A stretch of DNA of 24,000 nt from Carnobacteriaceae bacterium zg-84 (GTDB taxonomy: Bacteria; Bacillota; Bacilli; Lactobacillales; Aerococcaceae): NCBI GenBank assembly GCA_013874835.1, contig CP059430.1, positions 552,864-576,863 of the forward strand. Direction: 5' to 3'. Of this stretch, positions 16,347 through 24,000 are shown in pieces. The translations under genes were made by a program, and so were the position numbers. Position 1 is the stretch's first letter, and every line of letters begins with the position of its first letter. Under the pieces are notes generated by a model. That model saw only the letters and a list, made by a program, of their open reading frames with translations. It was not told where the DNA came from and ran no database searches.

Positions 16347-17234
16347 ATGACTTGGATAGACGGCATTACGTATATGCACGAACATACAACCATTGACTTA
16401 TCTCGTTTAAAAGGCATTGATGACACAAATTTAAACTGTTTTGATGAAACAGTTCAAGAGTTTAAGGGATTATACGAAAGAGGCGTTCGTAATATTGTCG
16501 ATGTGACGAATTTAGATATGAAACGTAATCCTGTATATGTCCAAAAAGTTGCTGAATTAACACAAATAAATGTGATACAAGCAACAGGTTTTTACCAAGA
16601 CAAATTTTTACCCGACTTTGTAACAGATGCAAGTGTGAAACAATTAGCTGATTTTATGATAAAAGAAATCACACAAGGCATTGCGGATACAACAATCAAA
16701 GCACAAATTATTGGTGAAATTGGTACGAGTAAAAATCTAATGACAGACAGAGAAAGAAAAGTGTTCGAAGCCTCTGTTATTGCACATAAAGAAACAGGAG
16801 TTCCTATTACTACACATACAACATTAGGGACATACGGACATGAACAAATTGCCTTTTTCAAAAAACAAAAAACAGATTTAGAAAAAATTGTTATTGGACA
16901 TGTTGACTTAACAGGTAATGCGGAGTATGTTTTATATATGTTAGATCAAGGTGTTTACGTCGAGTTTGATACAGTTGGAAAAGAAAATTATCAACCTGAT
17001 TTGACGAGAATAAACATGTTAAAAGAAATTGAAAAAAGAGGATATATAGATAAAGTATTCTTATCAATGGATATTACAAGAAAATCACATTTAACGTATC
17101 AAGGTGGCATGGGGTATGCGTATTTATTGGATACTTTTGTTCCAATGGCACTAGAAAATGGTGTGAGTGAAACATTTATTCGTAAAATGCTAGTGGATAA
17201 TCCTAAAACCTTTATGAAAGGAAGTAAATCATGA
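16347..17234 (+). CDS. php: Phosphotriesterase homology protein (amidohydrolase superfamily, PTE/PLL family; probable lactonase-type hydrolase).
   Basis: 'YMHEHTTIDL' (the HxH metal ligands), 'RGVRNIVDVTN', 'ATGFYQD', 'IIGEIGTS' (Glu in place of carbamylated Lys, as in E. coli Php), 'THT', 'IGHVDL' and 'LSMDITR' are collinear with E. coli Php as I recall it. Length is 295 aa against 292 aa. Confidence 0.92.
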   Translation: MTWIDGITYMHEHTTIDLSRLKGIDDTNLNCFDETVQEFKGLYERGVRNIVDVTNLDMKRNPVYVQKVAELTQINVIQATGFYQDKFLPDFVTDASVKQLADFMIKEITQGIADTTIKAQIIGEIGTSKNLMTDRERKVFEASVIAHKETGVPITTHTTLGTYGHEQIAFFKKQKTDLEKIVIGHVDLTGNAEYVLYMLDQGVYVEFDTVGKENYQPDLTRINMLKEIEKRGYIDKVFLSMDITRKSHLTYQGGMGYAYLLDTFVPMALENGVSETFIRKMLVDNPKTFMKGSKS

Positions 17235-18316
17235 CATATCCTTTAACGAGTTTAACGCTTGAAGAAGCACAACAATTACAATTTAAATTGGTCGATGCGA
17301 TTACCAAATATTTTTCTGGAACAGACATTTTAAGTTATGGTGATTTAGGTGTTGTGAAAGGATTGAATCAACCGAGTGTCACGAAAAAAGTGGAAACTGT
17401 ATTAGCAGATTTTTTCAATGTTGAAGCTACTTTACTTGTACGAGGAGCAGGAACGAATGCTATTCGATTAGGATTACATGCTTTATTAAATAGTGGCCAA
17501 ACGGTACTCGTGCATGATGCACCCATTTATCCAACAACAAAAGTGTCTATCGATATGCTAGGATTACAGACAATAAAAGCGGATTTTAATGACAAAAAAA
17601 TTGTTCAAGAATGCTTGAAAAAACATCAGATTGATGCTGTTTTAATTCAAGTAACTCGTCAGAAGTTAAATGATTCATACGATTTAGAAACACTTATTAC
17701 ATGGATAAAAGAATTAGCACCAACAATAAACATCATTACAGATGATAATTATGCTGCTTTAAAAACAAAAGGTATTGGTGCAGAATTAGGAGCAACACTT
17801 TCTTGTTTTTCAACCTTTAAATTATTAGGACCTGAAGGCATTGGCTGCATTGCAGGAAAGCGTGAGTATATTGAAAAACTAAAAGCAGAAAATTATTCTG
17901 GTGGAGGGCAAGTACAAGGGTATGAATCGTTAGAAGTATTAAGAGGTATGGTGTATGCACCTGTTTCTTTGGCGATTTCTGCGAATGTGGGAACAGAGCT
18001 GTGTCGTCGATTAAATGAGGGTGAAGTAAAAGGTGTTAAAGGAGCTTATATTGCTAATGCACAATCAAGAGTTGTTATTGTGACATTGGAAGAACCGATT
18101 GCCAAAGACGTGATTGAAACAGCTTGTCAGTTAGGTGCTCTAGGACATCCGGTAGGAGCAGAATCAAAATATGAATTTTGTCCATTGATTTATCGTGTAT
18201 CTAGCACATTTAGACAAGAAAATCCACAAGCTGAAAGTACAATGTTACGTATCAATCCAAATCGAGCGGGAGTAGATACAATTATTCGCATATTATCTCA
18301 AGCAATGAATCAATAA
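17231..18316 (+). CDS. yhfS: YhfS-like fold-type-I PLP-dependent enzyme (aminotransferase/lyase-like).
   Basis: Its 361 aa equals the length of E. coli YhfS. 'GDLGV..GLNQP.VT..VE.VLADFF', 'VHDAPIYPTT', 'DDNYA', 'FSTFKLLGPEG' (candidate PLP Lys), 'YSGGGQVQG' and 'PVGAESKYE' resemble YhfS. The start overlaps the php stop (ATGA). Confidence 0.8.
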   Translation: MTYPLTSLTLEEAQQLQFKLVDAITKYFSGTDILSYGDLGVVKGLNQPSVTKKVETVLADFFNVEATLLVRGAGTNAIRLGLHALLNSGQTVLVHDAPIYPTTKVSIDMLGLQTIKADFNDKKIVQECLKKHQIDAVLIQVTRQKLNDSYDLETLITWIKELAPTINIITDDNYAALKTKGIGAELGATLSCFSTFKLLGPEGIGCIAGKREYIEKLKAENYSGGGQVQGYESLEVLRGMVYAPVSLAISANVGTELCRRLNEGEVKGVKGAYIANAQSRVVIVTLEEPIAKDVIETACQLGALGHPVGAESKYEFCPLIYRVSSTFRQENPQAESTMLRINPNRAGVDTIIRILSQAMNQ

Positions 18317-18330
18317 AAAGGTGGACCTGT

Positions 18331-19254
18331 ATGGTAGAGTTATTTTTGAAGAAAAAAGGCGACGTTATTTATCGTTTGGCGTCAAACTTACTACAATTAA
18401 AAAAAGGAGATCGTTTACCTAGTGTATCTGAATATCAAGAATTATTCCAGGTATCAAGAGGGACTGTCCAAAATGCTATGGCGTATTTGAAAGAAGCAGG
18501 AGCATTTCAAAGTAAATCTAAAGGACATTTAGGTTCTTATATTGAAAGCGTTGATTATAGTATTTTACAAACTTTTGCTTTGTCGGATACGATTATGGGT
18601 ACGATGACTCTACCATACTCTAAATTATATGAGGGGTTAGCAACGGGGATTTATGATGAATTTAGAGAAAATCGTGTGAAATTAAATTTAGCTTATATTC
18701 GAGGATCAAAAGAAAGATTAAAGGCTGTTGCTAGAGAAAATTATCATTTTGCTGTTTTATCAAAATTCGCAGCGTTAAAAGCTATAGAGGAAAATACACC
18801 TATTGACATTGTTGTTGATTTTGGTAAACATACGTATTTAAGTGAACATATCTTGATTTTTGCAGATAAAAAGGCATCTAAAATTATCAATGGTATGAAA
18901 GTGGCAATCGATTATAATTCAATTGACCAACAATTATTAACAGAAAAACTCATTTACGAAAAAAATGTTGAGTTGGTAGAAGTCCCGGGGCATCAAATAG
19001 TATCTGCTGTACGTCAAGGAATTGTTGATGTGGGTGTATGGAATTATGATGAAATTGTTGATAAAAACTACCAAGACATCCATTATATCAAACTTTCTAG
19101 CGATATATTAGATGAACAAATGAGTACATCGGTCATTGTGGTGCACACACAAAATAAATCCTTGCAAGCATTCTTTAAACAAAGTTTTCAAACAGAGAAT
19201 GTCTTGACAATTCAACGTGCTGTTTATACAGGGACGATTATCCCTCAATATTAG
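18331..19254 (+). CDS. yhfZ: YhfZ-like putative regulator: N-terminal GntR-type winged HTH plus a C-terminal periplasmic-binding-protein-like domain.
   Basis: 'LPSVSEYQELFQVSRGTVQNAMAYLKEAGA' is a GntR-like HTH. Length is 307 aa (E. coli YhfZ is about 301 aa). It is next to the yhfY-like gene, as in E. coli. Confidence 0.75.
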   Translation: MVELFLKKKGDVIYRLASNLLQLKKGDRLPSVSEYQELFQVSRGTVQNAMAYLKEAGAFQSKSKGHLGSYIESVDYSILQTFALSDTIMGTMTLPYSKLYEGLATGIYDEFRENRVKLNLAYIRGSKERLKAVARENYHFAVLSKFAALKAIEENTPIDIVVDFGKHTYLSEHILIFADKKASKIINGMKVAIDYNSIDQQLLTEKLIYEKNVELVEVPGHQIVSAVRQGIVDVGVWNYDEIVDKNYQDIHYIKLSSDILDEQMSTSVIVVHTQNKSLQAFFKQSFQTENVLTIQRAVYTGTIIPQY

Positions 19255-19264
19255 GAGACAGATT

Positions 19265-19612
19265 ATGATAATAGAAAAATTAAACATATTAGAACAAGGT
19301 ACAATTATTGATAGTGAAACAAAAGAATGGGTAATCAGAATCCGTGAAGCATTAAAAATGTATGACGAGTGTTTGGGTGACACAGAAATGGAAGTATTTT
19401 TAATTCATTTAGCAATGGCAGATGCTCGTCGGAAACAAAATGATACATCTGTTCAAGCTATGGATGACGCATTTTTTAAAGAAGTTCAAGAACATGAAAA
19501 ATATGCTCTAAGTCAACAAATTTATACAGAGTTATTATCAGACAAACATTTTTCTGAGCCAGAAATGACCTATATTTATTTGCATCTTGTCAATATGTTA
19601 GGAGGGAATTGA
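19265..19612 (+). CDS. yhfY: YhfY-like stand-alone PRD-domain protein.
   Basis: Length is 115 aa (E. coli YhfY is about 120 aa). 'EMEVFLIHLAMADAR' and 'MTYIYLHLVNM' look like PRD helices with conserved His. I chose the ATG at 19265 (AGGAGA at 19253-19258, 6-nt spacing) over the track start at 19217, which overlaps yhfZ. Confidence 0.7.
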   Translation: MIIEKLNILEQGTIIDSETKEWVIRIREALKMYDECLGDTEMEVFLIHLAMADARRKQNDTSVQAMDDAFFKEVQEHEKYALSQQIYTELLSDKHFSEPEMTYIYLHLVNMLGGN

Positions 19613-19613
19613 T

Positions 19614-20768
19614 GTGTTTTTAGATATCACATTAACAAGAAATCCTAAACTACTCGAAGTTGCTAAAAACTTACACCAATCCGGTGATATTTTGCCAGAC
19701 ACGTATGTATTAGATTTGGATACAATTTTACAAAATGCAAAAGCAATGGCAGATGTGGCAAAACAGGAACAAGTGGAATTGTTTTATATGCCAAAACAAT
19801 TTGGACGTAATCCACTTATTGCCAAAAAAATTAGTGAAACAGCTATTTCAAAAGCCGTTGTTGTCGATTATAAAGAAGCTTTGTTGTTGATGAAACATCA
19901 ATTACCTTTAGGGAATGTAGGACATTTGGTTCAAATTCCTAATACTCTACTTGAGAAAATCATTGCTTATGGGACAGACTATATCACTGTTTTTTCAATG
20001 GAAAAATTACAACAAATTGTAGATGTGGCAAAACGTTTACAAAAAAAGCAGCGTGTATTATTAAAAATCATTGAGCCAACAGATACAATTTATGAAGGAC
20101 AGTATGGTGGTTTTCATCTATCACAACTAGAAGAAGTCGTGACGTATTTAAGTCAACAGTCTTATGTAGAATTAGGAGGATTGACATCATTTCCTTGCTT
20201 TTTATTTAATCAAGTTGATGATATTGTACCAACTAAAAATATACAAACATTGCAAAAAGCTAAAGGGTTTTTAGAAGAAAAAGGTATCACAAATCTTGCA
20301 ATCAATATGCCATCTGCTACATCGACATATACAATTCCTAAAATTAAAGCACTGAATGGGACACAAGGTGAACCAGGGCATGCCTTAACAGGAACAACAC
20401 CATTACATCAAGTGACATCTTTGATTGAAAGACCGGCTATGGTCTATGTGAGTGAGATTTCACATTGTTTAGACAATCATGCCTATTTCTATGGTGGAGG
20501 GTACTATCGTCGAGGACATTTTGAACATGTTATTGTCTATGAACCTTTCAGAGTTGTAAGAGATACATTGATGCCATTTGATTGTGAAAGTATTGATTAT
20601 TATTTAAAAACAGAAAAAGAACATGCAGTAGGCAGCACGGTTTTAGCGGCCTTTAGAACACAAATTTTTGTCACAAGAAGTGACGTTGCTGTTGTATCAG
20701 GAATACAAACAGATAATCCTAAACTAGAAGGGATATTTGATAGTTTGGGTAATCAAATAAGAAGGTGA
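19614..20768 (+). CDS. yhfX: YhfX-like fold-type-III PLP enzyme (alanine-racemase N-terminal domain family; putative amino-acid racemase/epimerase).
   Basis: Length is 384 aa (E. coli YhfX is about 387 aa). 'LFYMPKQFGRNP' holds the candidate PLP-Lys. GTG start with GGAGGG at 19601-19606; the ATG at 19612 is followed immediately by a stop. Confidence 0.75.
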   Translation: MFLDITLTRNPKLLEVAKNLHQSGDILPDTYVLDLDTILQNAKAMADVAKQEQVELFYMPKQFGRNPLIAKKISETAISKAVVVDYKEALLLMKHQLPLGNVGHLVQIPNTLLEKIIAYGTDYITVFSMEKLQQIVDVAKRLQKKQRVLLKIIEPTDTIYEGQYGGFHLSQLEEVVTYLSQQSYVELGGLTSFPCFLFNQVDDIVPTKNIQTLQKAKGFLEEKGITNLAINMPSATSTYTIPKIKALNGTQGEPGHALTGTTPLHQVTSLIERPAMVYVSEISHCLDNHAYFYGGGYYRRGHFEHVIVYEPFRVVRDTLMPFDCESIDYYLKTEKEHAVGSTVLAAFRTQIFVTRSDVAVVSGIQTDNPKLEGIFDSLGNQIRR

Positions 20769-20773
20769 AAAAA

Positions 20774-21994
20774 GTGGGACGATTTATTGTGATCGTACTG
20801 GATAGCTTTGGCGTTGGTGCCATGGACGATGTTTCTCAAGTCAGACCGATTGATGTCGGAAGTAATACAGCAAAACATATTATACAAGCATCTCCAACTA
20901 TTCAGTTACCAACATTAGAAAAATTAGGATTGATGAACGCCATTGGTGAAGAACTACCATCTCATTCTTTTTCTAAAACAGCAAATTATGGGACGAGTGA
21001 TTTAGCTCATTATGGAGCAGATTCATTTTTAGGGCATCAAGAGATTATGGGGACAACACCTAAAGTTCCTTTAATCGAGCCTTTTAATGAAAAAATAGAT
21101 GATGTCGAATGTCATTTATTACAACACGGATATAATGTCAGACGTCTTGGAGAAAAAGGTGCACAAATTTTAATTGTCAATAATGTCGCAACTGTTGGCG
21201 ATAATTTAGAAACAGACGCGGGTCAAGTCTATAATGTATCCGCTTGTTTAGATAGCATCTCTTTTGAGGACTTGAAACAATTAGGACAAAGAGTAAGAGA
21301 AGTGGTACACGTATCACGTGTGATTGCTTTTGGTGGTCAAAAAATAACGATTGATGATTTATTACATGCTTTTGAAGTAAGAGGCACACATATTGCAGGT
21401 GTAGATGCTCCAAAATCCCATGTTTATGAGTGTGGTTATCAAGTGGTGCATCTAGGATACGGCATTGATAAAAACACACAAATCGCAACAATTCTCGATA
21501 AAAAAAATATAACTGTTTCTTTTTTAGGAAAAGTAGCAGATATTGTTCAAACAGAAAGCACACGTTTATTTCCTGGAGTGGATTCAAATACATTATTTGA
21601 TTCACTCATAAAAGAAGTAAAAGAAATCTCGCATGGTTTTATTGCCTTGAACATTCAAGAAACAGATTTAGCAGGGCATGCACAAGATGTACAACGCTAT
21701 GCCGATCGACTTGAGTTAAGTGATAAACGTATCGAAGAATTGTTACCATTGCTTGTCAAAGGCGATGTACTTATTGTCATGGCAGACCATGGAAATGACC
21801 CAACGATTGGACATAGCAATCATACACGAGAAAAAGTGCCTTTGCTTGTATATTCACCAACTATTGAAGGGAAATATATTGGACATAGACAAACATTAGC
21901 TGACGTGGCAGCGACAGTGGCCGATTACTTTGATGTAAACATGCCACAACATGGACAATCTTTCTTAGCAAATATTTTTGAGGAAAAAGCATGA
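20774..21994 (+). CDS. yhfW: YhfW-like phosphopentomutase-family metalloenzyme (alkaline-phosphatase superfamily phosphomutase).
   Basis: 'FIVIVLDSFGVGAMDD', 'ETDLAGH' and 'MADHGNDPT..HSNHTREKVPLLVY' parallel DeoB motifs. I prefer the GTG at 20774 (GAAGGTGA at 20761-20768, 5-nt spacing) to the track GTG at 20765, which has no room for a Shine-Dalgarno sequence. Confidence 0.8.
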   Translation: MGRFIVIVLDSFGVGAMDDVSQVRPIDVGSNTAKHIIQASPTIQLPTLEKLGLMNAIGEELPSHSFSKTANYGTSDLAHYGADSFLGHQEIMGTTPKVPLIEPFNEKIDDVECHLLQHGYNVRRLGEKGAQILIVNNVATVGDNLETDAGQVYNVSACLDSISFEDLKQLGQRVREVVHVSRVIAFGGQKITIDDLLHAFEVRGTHIAGVDAPKSHVYECGYQVVHLGYGIDKNTQIATILDKKNITVSFLGKVADIVQTESTRLFPGVDSNTLFDSLIKEVKEISHGFIALNIQETDLAGHAQDVQRYADRLELSDKRIEELLPLLVKGDVLIVMADHGNDPTIGHSNHTREKVPLLVYSPTIEGKYIGHRQTLADVAATVADYFDVNMPQHGQSFLANIFEEKA

Positions 21995-22992
21995 ACAGAA
22001 TAAAGCACTATGCTTTTAAAACATTTCTAGCTTTGTCTAATGTACATAAATCTGTTTGCCGTGTTTTTCCTAATGCTCTTATAAACATAACAGAGCATTC
22101 TGGATATTATATGGGTATCAAAAATGTTCCAGATATTAAAAATTCTTTTATTCAATCGTTAGAATCGTTAGGATACATTTTACATACTGTGGATAAAGCA
22201 AGTCTTGGTGGTAGGGGTATCGACATTGATTTGAAAAATCCATTAACAGGACAAGCAATGACCGGTTCATCAAGTGGAACGGCAATGAATGTTTTTCTTA
22301 ATATCAATGATATAGGTATTGGAACAGACGGAGGAGGCTCCGTTTTAGCGCCAGCACTGGCTTTGAATGTATGTAGTTGTATACATGGATTATTGGGAAA
22401 AGATGATGTGAATGAGGGAACGGTCAAACGCTCAACAGACGGTATACCGTTCACCGCCTCTTTAGGCATTTTGTCCAAAGAGTTATCACATATTCAACGC
22501 ATTATCTATCATCAAATTCCACTCACGGCTGAATCACATTCACACGTGAACATCGCAATAGATAGTGCTATAGATTTACCTTATCCCAAAATAGATATAG
22601 CTGACAAGTATACACTATCTCGCCAAGCGCTGATTGAACGCTTAGAATGTTTATTACAGTCATATGACATCATTATTTCTAAAGAAGGACCTGTTGATTA
22701 TCACGGTTTTGGCGAAAGTATTTTTGGACATTTTGACCAAGGAACGCAAACGATTCAACAAAAAGCAAATAAAGGCTTTATACGTGTCGCCAATATGTGT
22801 CATGCTATGGCAGTAACTGTACCATCTACAGAATTATCGACAGGATATGTTTTGATATGTCGAACAACTAATAAAACAGTGGTTGATACATTATTTAAAC
22901 TAGCCGACCAATTAAAAGCTTCTAAAGATACATTAGTCGAACAATATTTTGGACGTTTAGATCAATATTTTACTGGTGGAAAATCAGTTTAA
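21991..22992 (+). CDS. Short, divergent amidase-signature (AS) family-like protein.
   Basis: 'TGSSSGTAMNVFLNINDIGIGTDGGGSVLAPA' reproduces the AS core GGSSGG-x14-G[ST]D-x-GGS-[IV]-R-x-PA with the same 14-residue spacing. It is only 333 aa, against about 450-500 for typical amidases. The start overlaps the yhfW stop (ATGA), with GAGGA 6 nt upstream. Confidence 0.6.
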   Translation: MNRIKHYAFKTFLALSNVHKSVCRVFPNALINITEHSGYYMGIKNVPDIKNSFIQSLESLGYILHTVDKASLGGRGIDIDLKNPLTGQAMTGSSSGTAMNVFLNINDIGIGTDGGGSVLAPALALNVCSCIHGLLGKDDVNEGTVKRSTDGIPFTASLGILSKELSHIQRIIYHQIPLTAESHSHVNIAIDSAIDLPYPKIDIADKYTLSRQALIERLECLLQSYDIIISKEGPVDYHGFGESIFGHFDQGTQTIQQKANKGFIRVANMCHAMAVTVPSTELSTGYVLICRTTNKTVVDTLFKLADQLKASKDTLVEQYFGRLDQYFTGGKSV

Positions 22993-23003
22993 GTATTTTT
23001 TAC

Positions 23004-24000
<997 letters not shown>

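Noticed and set aside
9134-22478. Other embedded ORFs: 9134-9346-, 11263-11496+, 12003-12203-, 12587-12799-, 14879-15280-, 15344-15727-, 16181-16426-, 16592-16861-, 19108-19383-, 21177-21605-, 22152-22478-.
   Set aside because: The same reasoning applies. All are shadows of strongly supported genes on the opposite strand or in another frame. ORF 12003-12203 lies in the murQ promoter and 5' region and has no translation signals.

Overview
Low-GC Firmicutes (Bacillales-like) chromosomal window in which every credible gene is on the + strand; I cannot name the genus from sequence alone. In order:

- **1-2.7 kb:** the 3' part of a very large LPXTG surface protein gene. About 30 tandem 66-bp (22-aa) acidic thrombospondin-type-3-like calcium-binding repeats are followed by a Rib-like YPDG domain and an LPHTG sorting signal. 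A small overlapping Cys-rich ORF and a terminator close the unit.
- **2.9-5.9 kb:** nfo (endonuclease IV), zur, and an HTH/PRD-type sugar-operon regulator.
- **6.0-11.7 kb:** a complete L-ascorbate utilisation operon, ulaG-ulaA-ulaB-ulaC-ulaD-ulaE-ulaF, ending in two strong hairpins.
- **12.1-13.0 kb:** murQ (MurNAc-6-P etherase).
- **13.0-23.0 kb:** a tightly coupled ten-gene operon, the most interesting part. It holds the full gene set I recognise from the function-unknown E. coli yhfSTU-php-yhfWXYZ cluster, in the order yhfU, yhfT, php, yhfS, yhfZ, yhfY, yhfX, yhfW. An exported beta-lactamase-fold lipoprotein (AmiE-like) precedes it and a short, divergent amidase-signature protein follows it. 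Being next to murQ suggests a link to cell-wall or amino-sugar salvage; this is inference.
- **23.0-24.0 kb:** a pyrG promoter and leader that look like the Bacillus GGGC reiterative-transcription attenuator, then the 5' part of pyrG (CTP synthase). pyrG is missing from the ORF track because it runs off the window.

I saw no mobile elements, CRISPR arrays, tRNA/rRNA genes or recognisable defence systems. All minus-strand and alternate-frame ORFs in the track look like artefacts.
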